From NCBI GenBank assembly GCA_045651285.1, contig JAZRSC010000014.1:26783-90782 (forward strand): a stretch of DNA of 64,000 nt, read 5' to 3'. Under the pieces are notes generated by a model that was not told the origin of the DNA, did not search any database, and saw nothing but the letters and a program-made list of their open reading frames with translations. This document shows positions 37,591 through 46,037 of the stretch, piece by piece (position 1 is the stretch's first letter; every line of letters begins with the position of its first letter). A program made the translations under genes and the position numbers. This DNA is from Acutalibacteraceae bacterium. GTDB lineage: Bacteria; Bacillota; Clostridia; Oscillospirales; Acutalibacteraceae.

Positions 37591-38697
37591 ATGCTTCAAT
37601 TTGAAGAATTAAACTTAGAATTATCATCTTACGAAGATAAGCTCAAAGACTTAGCTGAGGCTTTAGGTCTTAAAGCAATGGCAGAAGAAGTAAAGGAATT
37701 GGAAGAACAAAGTGCTCAGGATGGTTTCTGGGATGATGTTCAAAATTCACAAAAAATTGTTCAGAGAACCGCTACATTAAAAAATAAAATCAAGGCTTAT
37801 GATGACCTTAAAGCAGTTTTTGATGACACACTCACTTTAATTGATTTAGCAAACGAAGAAGAGGACGAATCATTATTTGATGAATGTCGTAGCAGTGTTG
37901 ATACTTTTATAAGTCAGCTTGACGCAATGACACTTTCTACACTTCTTACAGGTGAATATGACTCTAACAATGCTATTCTTACATTCCATGCAGGTGCTGG
38001 TGGTACTGAAGCACAGGACTGGGCACAAATGCTTTTCAGAATGTATAACCGTTGGGGTGAAAGACACGGCTTTAAGGTTTCTACACTTGACTACCTTGAT
38101 GGTGATGAAGCAGGTCTTAAATCTGCAGTTATTCTTATTGAGGGCGAAAATGCTTACGGTTATATGAAGAGCGAAAGCGGTATTCACCGTCTTGTTCGTG
38201 TTTCACCTTTTGACGCTTCTGGCAGAAGACACACTTCTTTCGCATCTCTTGAGGTTATGCCTGAAATTGATGATACTATTGAGGTTGACATTGCACCTGA
38301 AGATATTAAAATGGATGTTTACCGTTCATCTGGTGCGGGTGGTCAAAAGGTTAATAAAACTTCATCTGCAGTTCGTCTTACTCACATTCCTACAGGTATT
38401 GTATGCTCTTGTCAGGTTGAAAGAAGCCAGCATCAGAACAGAGAAGTTGCTATGCGTATGCTTAAATCTAAGCTTATTGAAATCAAAGAAAGAGAGCACC
38501 TTGACAAAATCAGTGATATTAAAGGTGTACAAAAAGAAATTGCCTGGGGTAGCCAAATTCGTTCTTATGTATTTATGCCTTACACTCTTGCAAAAGACCA
38601 CAGAACAAACTTTGAAAATGGTAATATAAACGCAGTTATGGACGGCGATATTGATGGTTTCATAAACGCGTATTTAAAAGCACAGGCGAATAAATAA
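37591..38697 (+). CDS. prfB: peptide chain release factor 2, encoded in one continuous frame
   Basis: 368 aa. SPF tripeptide (RVSPFDASGRRHTSF) and GGQ (SGAGGQKVNKT). Collinear with B. subtilis RF2 from residue 1. Confidence 0.9.
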   Translation: MLQFEELNLELSSYEDKLKDLAEALGLKAMAEEVKELEEQSAQDGFWDDVQNSQKIVQRTATLKNKIKAYDDLKAVFDDTLTLIDLANEEEDESLFDECRSSVDTFISQLDAMTLSTLLTGEYDSNNAILTFHAGAGGTEAQDWAQMLFRMYNRWGERHGFKVSTLDYLDGDEAGLKSAVILIEGENAYGYMKSESGIHRLVRVSPFDASGRRHTSFASLEVMPEIDDTIEVDIAPEDIKMDVYRSSGAGGQKVNKTSSAVRLTHIPTGIVCSCQVERSQHQNREVAMRMLKSKLIEIKEREHLDKISDIKGVQKEIAWGSQIRSYVFMPYTLAKDHRTNFENGNINAVMDGDIDGFINAYLKAQANK

Positions 38698-39869
38698 TGG
38701 ATATAAGAAAAGAATCTTTAAAAAAACATTACGAGTGGAACGGAAAAATCGAAGTAGTTACCCGTTGCCCTATTGAAACAAGAGAAGATATGTCTTTAGC
38801 ATACACCCCCGGTGTTGCAGAAGCATGTCTTGAAATAGAGAAAGATGTCAACAAATCTTTTGAATTAACAAGAAGGAATAATCTTGTTGCAGTTATTACT
38901 GATGGCACTGCAGTTTTAGGGCTTGGTGATATAGGTCCAGAAGCGGGTATGCCTGTTATGGAAGGTAAATGTGCACTCTTTAAGGCATTTGCAGATGTTG
39001 ACGCGTTCCCACTTTGTGTAAAATCAAAAGATACAGACGAAATTGTTAAAACTATTTCTTTAATTTCAGGTAGCTTTGGTGGTATAAACTTAGAAGATAT
39101 TTCTGCACCGAGATGCTTTGAAATTGAGAAAAAGTTAAACGAATGTTGTGATATTCCAATATTCCACGACGACCAGCACGGTACTGCAGTTGTTGTTCTT
39201 GCGGCACTTCTCAATGCATTAAGGGTTGTAAAGAAAAATATTGAAACTGCAAAAATTGTTGTGAATGGTTTAGGTGCGGCAGGTACTGCAATTTCTAAAA
39301 TGCTTATTTCTGCAGGTGCTAAAAATATGGTGCTTGTTGACAGAAAAGGTATTATTGAAGAAAGTGATATTTCTTTAGGTGAAGAAAGACAGACATTAGC
39401 AAAAATCACAAATAAAGAAAATTTAAAAGGCGACCTTTCTGTTGCTATAAAAAATGCAGATGTATTTATTGGTGTTTCTGCACCTAATATATTAAGTGAA
39501 GAAATGGTAAAAACAATGAATAGTGATGCTATTGTTTTTGCCATGGCTAACCCGACACCGGAAATTATGCCTGATATTGCAAAAAATGCGGGAGCAAGAA
39601 TTGTCGGCACAGGTCGTTCAGATTTTCCAAATCAGATTAACAATGTTCTTGTTTTCCCTGGTATTTTCCGTGGTGCACTTGATGCGAATGCTACAAAAAT
39701 CACAGAAAATATGAAGCTCGCGGCGGCGAAGGCTCTCGCAGAGCATATTCCCGAAAACGAGTTGAACGAAGAAAATATAATTCCATCTGCCCTCGATAAA
39801 ACAATCGCTTACGAGGTTGCGAAGGCAGTTAAAGAACAAGCGGTAGTTGATAAAGCAGTTAGAATTTAG
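38697..39869 (+). CDS. NAD(P)-dependent malic enzyme (short form)
   Basis: 390 aa. LAYTPGVAEACLEI, VAVITDGTAVLGLGDIGPEAGMPVMEGK, FGGINLEDISAPRCFEIE and NGLGAAGTA. The ATG overlaps the prfB TAA (TAATG). Confidence 0.85.
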   Translation: MDIRKESLKKHYEWNGKIEVVTRCPIETREDMSLAYTPGVAEACLEIEKDVNKSFELTRRNNLVAVITDGTAVLGLGDIGPEAGMPVMEGKCALFKAFADVDAFPLCVKSKDTDEIVKTISLISGSFGGINLEDISAPRCFEIEKKLNECCDIPIFHDDQHGTAVVVLAALLNALRVVKKNIETAKIVVNGLGAAGTAISKMLISAGAKNMVLVDRKGIIEESDISLGEERQTLAKITNKENLKGDLSVAIKNADVFIGVSAPNILSEEMVKTMNSDAIVFAMANPTPEIMPDIAKNAGARIVGTGRSDFPNQINNVLVFPGIFRGALDANATKITENMKLAAAKALAEHIPENELNEENIIPSALDKTIAYEVAKAVKEQAVVDKAVRI

Positions 39870-39889
39870 AAAATTCTAACTGCTTTTTT
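39855..39889 (+). terminator. intrinsic terminator of the malic enzyme gene
   Basis: GCAGTTAGAATTT-AGA-AAATTCTAACTGC plus TTTTTT. The stem includes the stop codon. Confidence 0.7.
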
Positions 39890-39890
39890 A

Positions 39891-40012
39891 ATTGAGAATT
39901 GAGAGTTGAGAATTGAAAATTTTAGAAGGCTTCGCCTTGATTATAATTAAATATGAATAAAAAAGACTACATTCTTTCATTTGGAGTAAATGAGAGAATG
40001 TAGTTTCGTTTT
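39891..40012 (+). repeat. composite 3'-flank element, copy B
   Basis: (TTGA-N3)x4 at 39892-39916; box TTAGAAGGCTTCGCCTTGATTATAATTAAATATGAATAA at 39922-39960; hairpin GACTACATTCTTTCATTT-GGAGT-AAATGAGAGAATGTAGT at 39965-40003; then TTCGTTTT. Confidence 0.8.
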
Positions 40013-40038
40013 ATATTGAATTATAATCACTAAAATTA

Positions 40039-40452
40039 CTACTCAACAGGTACTAACATCAGCGTAGTTGCAAGATGAATAAAGAAAATAATCAATTTAG
40101 TTACCTTTTGAATTATCAATTCAACCATAACAACATCGTTATTAGTCTTAGCTAATTTATATAATTGTATTGTTCGCTTTAAATGTCTGCTTCGATGTAT
40201 TTCAAAAACACTCTGGTATTTATCAACAGCATCAAAATATTTCTGTGCCATGTGCCCTGTGTAAATATTATAAAATATAAAAAGAGCGGTATGGAAAAAG
40301 AATGTAAAAGCAACTGCGGAATCATCTAAAATAAAATTAAATAATAAACTCAACCCAATAAATAAAACTTGTAAAAAAAGAAAAACTCTGTTATAGTTTA
40401 TAATTTTATTTGCAGAAATAGTTTCTCTGTTAATTTTTTTACTTTTTGCCAT
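40039..40452 (-). CDS. hypothetical membrane protein
   Basis: 137 aa with 3-4 hydrophobic segments. No recognisable family. Confidence 0.4.
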   Translation of the reverse strand: MAKSKKINRETISANKIINYNRVFLFLQVLFIGLSLLFNFILDDSAVAFTFFFHTALFIFYNIYTGHMAQKYFDAVDKYQSVFEIHRSRHLKRTIQLYKLAKTNNDVVMVELIIQKVTKLIIFFIHLATTLMLVPVE

Positions 40453-40550
40453 AAATAATCCCTCCCTTTATAATTATTATACCCCAAGCAAAAAAGATTG
40501 TCAATATTTTAACACACTTATGAAAAATAATCAAAAATCCTATCATTTGT

Positions 40551-40746
40551 GCCAGTGGTCAGTTGTCAGTAAGTCAGTGGTCAGTTCATGTGTAAGTTAT
40601 AAGTAAAAATTCATCCTATCATCTTAGTTGGTTTTAATACCAACCAAAATGACAGGATGAACTATTTTTTTATTCAACAATAATTATACTCAAGGCGAAG
40701 CCTTCCAAAATTCTGCATTTTGCATTTTGCATTCTGCATTCTGCAT
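40551..40746 (-). repeat. composite 3'-flank element, copy C (follows 40779-41450)
   Basis: (CAGT)x5 at 40553-40585 (period 7/8); hairpin TTCATCCTATCAT...ATGACAGGATGAA at 40610-40661 with a nested TTGGTT/AACCAA stem; box ...TACTCAAGGCGAAGCCTTCC at 40665-40706; (TGCA-N3)x5 at 40714-40745. Confidence 0.8.
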
Positions 40747-40778
40747 TTTTTAAGGCTCAGCACTTTCGCGTAGTGAAC

Positions 40779-41450
40779 TTATTTTTTCTTTGGCTCAAGA
40801 AGATTGAGTTTAGAAAGAATGAATACACCTGCAATGCTTGCAACGATTGTTACAAAGAGAAGTGTACCAACGCCAAAGTTTGGTGAAAGAAGAAGAACTC
40901 CACAACCAACTAAAAGTGGTAAAATTGTAATTCTCCAGTATTTACCAAGGTATGATGCAAATAACGCACCGAAAAGTGCTGTTGTAACATTATTGAAAGC
41001 AGGTGCTAAAGCAGAGCCTGGTTCCATAAGCTTTGCAACTGTATCGCCAAAAACAAGAACACCAACTGCAATAATAACTGTTGTAACAATTGCAGAAACA
41101 CCGATAGCAATTGTAGAAATTACTTCGCCTTCTTCTGAGTTTGCTTTAACTTTTGCAGAGTTCATAGCATTAAGACCGCAAGGAAGTTTTAAGTTTGTAA
41201 TGTTACCTGTAACGAAACTTAAATAAGTACCACCTGCACCTAACATTGGTGTGTAAGTGATAACTTCAACAATTGCAGAAATCCAGTAAATAGCAAGAAC
41301 ACCAACAATGTTTTTGTTAAAAACATCACCGATTGATGGCCATGCATTATTGTGAACACAAATCAAAGTCGGAACTGAGAAAAGAACGATTATAGCAAGT
41401 ATGCTCCAGATTTTACCACGTGTATGAGCTTTATCAATATATGATTTCAT
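40779..41450 (-). CDS. multi-pass membrane protein of unknown function
   Basis: 223 aa, about 6 TM. Downstream partner of 41467-42291, 16-nt gap, same strand. Confidence 0.5.
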   Translation of the reverse strand: MKSYIDKAHTRGKIWSILAIIVLFSVPTLICVHNNAWPSIGDVFNKNIVGVLAIYWISAIVEVITYTPMLGAGGTYLSFVTGNITNLKLPCGLNAMNSAKVKANSEEGEVISTIAIGVSAIVTTVIIAVGVLVFGDTVAKLMEPGSALAPAFNNVTTALFGALFASYLGKYWRITILPLLVGCGVLLLSPNFGVGTLLFVTIVASIAGVFILSKLNLLEPKKK

Positions 41451-41466
41451 TTCTTAGTACCCCCTT

Positions 41467-42291
41467 TTAAGATGCTTTAGCCGCACGGATTTCATCAAAC
41501 CATGGCCAAGTGAATGAAACTAATTCTTCAGGAAGAATGTTAGTTAAAAGAACTGCAACCATCATAGCACCAAACATAGCAATCGGCATTATAAATGGTT
41601 CAAATTTTGTTAAGTTGAACTTCTTTGAAATGAGTTCTAAAACAAGATAAATTATCAAAGCAAAAATAAGTGTTGCAATTGATAAGAAGCCTGAATCGTT
41701 AGCAGAACTTGAACCCATACCAACAATTGAAGAAGCAACAAAAGCAGTAATAATACCAATGAATGCCGCTGCAGAAATATAATCTGCAAGTGCACCTATT
41801 TTACTGTTTGAGTTACTCATAGCACCGCCGACTTTTTTATGTATCTTCTTACAAAGAATAGGAAGTAAGAAAAGTGGAAGTGAACTACCAATTGTCATAA
41901 CCCATGCAATTGTACTGAATTGTGTCGGGTCAGAAACTGCTTCGTTCAAGTTACCATTAAGAACTGAAGAAGCCGCAGTTGACTCATAAGCAATGTTACC
42001 AATAACTGAAAGTCTTATCCACGGAAGAACATAACCTAAAGCCTTCTGAAGTGCAAAAACAGTTACTAAAATTGCAATTGCAGGTGCAATTGTGAAAAGT
42101 GCACTTGAAGTAACAGTATTTTTAAGAGTTTCTTTAGAAATACCGAGTTCTTTCGCTCTGCTCCACGCTTTTTTAATAAAATAAAGTGATTGAATAATAA
42201 CAAATGCTACAACACCGAGCGCGAGGATAATCATAAAAGTATCCTGACGGAAATCCACTGCGCCTGAAGCATTCAAGGTAATGAAATTCAT
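41467..42291 (-). CDS. multi-pass membrane protein of unknown function
   Basis: 274 aa, about 7 TM. Probably forms a two-gene membrane unit with 40779-41450. Confidence 0.5.
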   Translation of the reverse strand: MNFITLNASGAVDFRQDTFMIILALGVVAFVIIQSLYFIKKAWSRAKELGISKETLKNTVTSSALFTIAPAIAILVTVFALQKALGYVLPWIRLSVIGNIAYESTAASSVLNGNLNEAVSDPTQFSTIAWVMTIGSSLPLFLLPILCKKIHKKVGGAMSNSNSKIGALADYISAAAFIGIITAFVASSIVGMGSSSANDSGFLSIATLIFALIIYLVLELISKKFNLTKFEPFIMPIAMFGAMMVAVLLTNILPEELVSFTWPWFDEIRAAKAS

Positions 42292-42372
42292 CGAATCTCT
42301 CCTTTAGAAAAAATATAACAATATATTAACATTTACCATTTTGAATGTCAATAAAATAACAATATAAATATG

Positions 42373-42843
42373 TTATTTTATCTCAAATAAATTTTTATGG
42401 AAACACATTACACCATTTTCCATAACATCTATTACTCCGTAGTTACCATCTTTTATGCTACCAGGATTAAAAATATGCAGTCCATCCTCGTAACTATAAT
42501 ATTTCTCGTGGGTATGACCAAAAAGAGCAATATTACAATTATTTTCTTTTGTGGCTCTTTTAATTCCTACAAAAGAAAGCTTTACATTTTCTTCTGCTCC
42601 GTGTGAAGCGTAAATTTTGCAAGTGTCAACACTCCTTATATCACAAAGCGGTACTGTGTCCATAAAGTCGCAGTTACCTCTTACGACAATAAACATTTTC
42701 TCTTTAAATATTTCTCTTACTTCATCCATTTCGTAGGTACCATCACCTAAAAAATAGATAATGTCTGCAGTCGGTTCATTACTTATTGCTTCCACAAGAT
42801 TTGCAATATGCCTGTGGGAATCTGAAAGCACAAGTATTCTCAT
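42373..42843 (-). CDS. YfcE/MJ0936-family metallophosphoesterase
   Basis: 156 aa with MRILVLSDSH, FLGDG, GNCD and LFGHTH. Confidence 0.75.
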   Translation of the reverse strand: MRILVLSDSHRHIANLVEAISNEPTADIIYFLGDGTYEMDEVREIFKEKMFIVVRGNCDFMDTVPLCDIRSVDTCKIYASHGAEENVKLSFVGIKRATKENNCNIALFGHTHEKYYSYEDGLHIFNPGSIKDGNYGVIDVMENGVMCFHKNLFEIK

Positions 42844-42913
42844 TCATAATTCACCGTCACTTTTCATAAATTTTAGTACTGTATAATTATATTGCATTTA
42901 AAGGGTGATTTCA

Positions 42914-43123
42914 ATGTTTAACAGTGAAAAAAATAAAATGAATATAGGAAATGTTAAAACAAATGATGCTTTGAAAGACTTTATAAATGAAAATTTAACA
43001 GAAAGTCAGACCGAGAAGTTAAAAGAGGTACTTTCAGATGAGAAGAAAACAAAAGAATTATTAAATAGTGATTTAGCAAAACAGTTATTTAAAAAATTAA
43101 CTGGTGGTGATTTTAATGGCTGA
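42914..43123 (+). CDS. hypothetical small charged protein
   Basis: 69 aa from the ATG at 42914 (AAGGGTG RBS). First of three translationally coupled small ORFs. Confidence 0.4.
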   Translation: MFNSEKNKMNIGNVKTNDALKDFINENLTESQTEKLKEVLSDEKKTKELLNSDLAKQLFKKLTGGDFNG

Positions 43124-43487
43124 CCTTGATATAGGTAGCATTCTTTCATCACTTTCGAGTGATGATATAAATAATTTGAAAAATATGGCAAATTCAATTT
43201 TGGGTGGTAACACAGACACCCAAAAGCCACCAGAAGAACCTAAAACACAAAATAATTCATCTACACCTTTCCCCGATTTAGGCTCATTAGGACTCCCCGA
43301 TATGTCACAATTCAGTGCACTTTTACCACTTCTTTCTGCATTTAACACACACGATGACCGTGAAGATTTTATTCACGCATTAAAACCCTTGCTTTCAAAA
43401 GAAAGACGCCAAAAAGCTGACGAATCAATCAAATTTATTAAGCTTTTATCTATAATTCCTCTACTTAAAGAAAAAGGGTTAATGTAA
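43116..43487 (+). CDS. hypothetical protein
   Basis: 123 aa starting MADLDIGSIL (GGTGGTGA RBS). Start overlaps the upstream stop by 8 nt. Confidence 0.4.
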   Translation: MADLDIGSILSSLSSDDINNLKNMANSILGGNTDTQKPPEEPKTQNNSSTPFPDLGSLGLPDMSQFSALLPLLSAFNTHDDREDFIHALKPLLSKERRQKADESIKFIKLLSIIPLLKEKGLM

Positions 43488-43488
43488 T

Positions 43489-43944
43489 ATGGCAGAGTAT
43501 TCTTATAACGAAATAATGAAAATGCAGAACGATGCAATAAAACGCGTAAATGAAATGCAGAAAAGAGCACAGACAGTTGTAGATGAAATAAATGAAGAAA
43601 AAACAGTACATAAAGAAACACCAATAAAACAAAATAATCAGGCAGATGTAAACAGAGTAAAAATGCCAAACGATTACCTTGACGAATTAAAAAAATTTGC
43701 CTCAACTTCATCATATTTTGAAGAAAGAGAAGCAAATGAAAACACACAAAAAAGTTACGAAAAAGAAGAAAAAACAAAAGAAACCCACACACCACCAAAA
43801 GAGCAAAATGATTTTTTAAAAAATATTCTTAATGACTTGAACATAGATAGCGACAAAGCATTGATATTATCTTTAATTTTACTGCTCACAGAAGAAAAAG
43901 CAGATGAGATGCTGATACTTTCGTTGCTTTATATTTTGAGTTGA
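43489..43944 (+). CDS. hypothetical protein with hydrophobic C-terminus
   Basis: 151 aa. ATG lies 1 nt after the upstream stop. Lys/Glu-rich, with a C-terminal LILSLILLL...LILSLLYILS segment. Confidence 0.4.
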   Translation: MAEYSYNEIMKMQNDAIKRVNEMQKRAQTVVDEINEEKTVHKETPIKQNNQADVNRVKMPNDYLDELKKFASTSSYFEEREANENTQKSYEKEEKTKETHTPPKEQNDFLKNILNDLNIDSDKALILSLILLLTEEKADEMLILSLLYILS

Positions 43945-43948
43945 AAAG

Positions 43949-44190
43949 TTGCTAGTATGGCTAGTGTGGCTAGTTGGCTAGTTGTCAGTCATTAGGAAAT
44001 AGATAAAAGAAACTACACTCTATCATTTAAGATAAACCTTAAACGAAAGAGTGTAGTCTTTTTTATTCATATTTAATTACAATCAAACGCGTAGCGTTTC
44101 CTTAACTCAGCACTCAGCCTTCAGCACTCAGCACTTAAATTTCCAACGCAGTTCCGACAATTCCGAATTACGCATTACGCATTCCGAATT
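43949..44190 (-). repeat. composite 3'-flank element, copy D (follows the SNF transporter; overlaps its stop codon)
   Basis: Irregular (TAG/CAG) array 43953-44002; hairpin ACTACACTCT...AGAGTGTAGT 44012-44057; box with AAACGC-GTA-GCGTTT 44058-44102; (TCAG-N3)x4 at 44107-44131; (CCGAATT/ACGCATT)x4 at 44163-44190. Confidence 0.8.
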
Positions 44191-45556
44191 AAATCTTTAC
44201 AATCCCCAGCGCATCAAGAACTGATGAAATGAGAATTAAAACAATGCAGATTGGTGCAAAATATTTTATAACAATCAAGAAAAGCTTCTTTCTTTTGAAT
44301 TTTCCTGTAAGCTCGATTTCTTCTATAAACATATCTGGCTTTACAATGTAACCGACAAAAACGCAAGTTAAGAATGCAACTATCGGCATTAAAACACTGT
44401 TACTTATAAAGTCAAAGAAATCAAGGAATGCCATACCAATAATTTTAATATCAGCAAGTGTTCCGTAACCGAGTGCAGAAAGAGCGCCTAAAATTATTGA
44501 GCCAATTAACACTATGAGTAATGTTTTATTTCTTGAAAGACCTGTTTTATCTTTTACAATAGAAACAACTGTTTCCATAAGGGAAATTGAAGATGTGAGT
44601 GCGGCAAAAAGCACTAAAACAAAGAATAAAATACCGACTATCGAGCCACCTGCCATACTTTCAAATACCTTCGGAAGTGTGACAAACATAAGTCCCGGAC
44701 CTTTGCCTAATGCACTTTCGTCACCGCCTGAGAAAGCGAAAACCGCAGGGATAATCATAAGACCTGCCAAGAAAGCAATACCGGTGTCAAAAAGCTCAAT
44801 CTGTTTTACAGAACTTTCAAGACCTACATCTTTTTTCATATATGAGCCGTAAGTAATCATAATACCCATAGCAAGTGACATTGAGTAGAAAAGTTGACCC
44901 ATAGCCGCAAGGACCGTTGTTGCAGAGAATTTTGAAAAATCTGGCATAAGGTAAAACTTGACACCCTCTAAAGCACCTGGCATAAACATTGCGTAACCTG
45001 CAATAAATATTGTGAGTATAACAAGTACAGGCATCATAATTTTACTTACTTTTTCAATACCCTTTTCAACACCTAAAAGTACAACCAGTGCAGTAAGACC
45101 AATATAAATTGCAAACCATAAAAGTGGTTCTGCAGGTGCAGAAATAAACGAATCGAAAAATCCGTCAGTTGCGGCAGATGAAATATTCCCTGTTATAAAT
45201 ACAGTACAATATTTAATAATCCAACCGCCAATAACTGAATAATACGGGAGAATTATAATAGGGACTATTGAGCAAAGCCATCCAACAAACTTGAATTTTT
45301 TATTGAGTTTACCAAATGCTTCAATAGCACTGACTCCTGTTTTTCTGCCTATTGCAATTTCGGCACACATTAAAGCGAAACCGAATGTAATTGCTAAAAT
45401 AATATAAACAAGTAAAAATATACCACCACCATATTTTGCCGCGAGATATGGGAAACGCCAGATATTGCCAAGACCAACCGCAGAACCCGCAGTTGCAAGA
45501 ACAAAGCCTAATTTACCTGAAAAGGTACTTCTTTTTTCTGCCATAAAATTTACCAT
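44189..45556 (-). CDS. sodium-dependent neurotransmitter:sodium symporter (SNF) family transporter
   Basis: 455 aa. GFVLATAGSAVGLGNIWRFPYLAAKYGGG is the SNF signature. An alternative start at 45544 (MAEKRS) is possible. Confidence 0.85.
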   Translation of the reverse strand: MVNFMAEKRSTFSGKLGFVLATAGSAVGLGNIWRFPYLAAKYGGGIFLLVYIILAITFGFALMCAEIAIGRKTGVSAIEAFGKLNKKFKFVGWLCSIVPIIILPYYSVIGGWIIKYCTVFITGNISSAATDGFFDSFISAPAEPLLWFAIYIGLTALVVLLGVEKGIEKVSKIMMPVLVILTIFIAGYAMFMPGALEGVKFYLMPDFSKFSATTVLAAMGQLFYSMSLAMGIMITYGSYMKKDVGLESSVKQIELFDTGIAFLAGLMIIPAVFAFSGGDESALGKGPGLMFVTLPKVFESMAGGSIVGILFFVLVLFAALTSSISLMETVVSIVKDKTGLSRNKTLLIVLIGSIILGALSALGYGTLADIKIIGMAFLDFFDFISNSVLMPIVAFLTCVFVGYIVKPDMFIEEIELTGKFKRKKLFLIVIKYFAPICIVLILISSVLDALGIVKI

Positions 45557-45616
45557 TCCTTTTTTATTTAACTACATTATTATACATAAATACAAAAATT
45601 TTACAAGTGTTTTATT

Positions 45617-45850
45617 GAGAGGGTGAAAAAATGACTTATGCGCAAAACCTTAGTACATTTTTCCTAATTTTTGATGCAGAAGACTTTTTCTTCACCCCGA
45701 AGCTGTATTAAAATACTGCGAGCGGGTAAAAAAATAACTTATGCGCAAAACCCTAATTTTTTCTGATTTTTGATGCAGAAGGCTTTTTCGTCACCCCGAA
45801 GCTATATAAAGATACTGCGAGAGGGTGAAAAAATGACTTATGCGCAAAAA
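45617..45850. repeat. tandem repeat of about 100 nt, about 2.3 copies, each carrying a long imperfect hairpin (family 2)
   Basis: The anchor ATGCGCAAAA recurs at 45638, 45741 and 45840. Arms CTTTTTCTTCACCCCGA and CGAGCGGGTAAAAAAA (45685-45735), and CTTTTTCGTCACCCCGA and CGAGAGGGTGAAAAAA (45783-45834). Confidence 0.85.
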
Positions 45851-45870
45851 TCAGGAAAAAGAAAAGTAAA

Positions 45871-45896
45871 AAGAAAAAACCCGTCACTATGACGGG
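45871..45896 (-). terminator. intrinsic terminator of htpG
   Basis: The minus strand reads CCCGTCA-TAG-TGACGGG followed by TTTTTTC. Confidence 0.7.
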
Positions 45897-46037
45897 CATT
45901 TCTTGGAAAGAGAAAATGTTTGGTTAGGTTAAGCAACCTTAATGTCTATATATTATATAACAAATCATTTTGTTGCAATTCTTGTGTAATTGTGAACAAA
46001 TTGTTAACAATTTTAATTTTTTATTAAATTTCCCAAA

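Noticed and set aside
45674-45893. Small ORFs starting MQK[TA]FSSPR in the family-2 repeats (also the 92-aa track ORF 52064-52342).
   Set aside because: The conserved residues coincide exactly with the inverted-repeat arms, and the sequence between the arms is not conserved at the protein level. There is no RBS, and the 52064 ORF runs antisense into the cohesin-like gene. DNA or RNA structure is the more parsimonious explanation.
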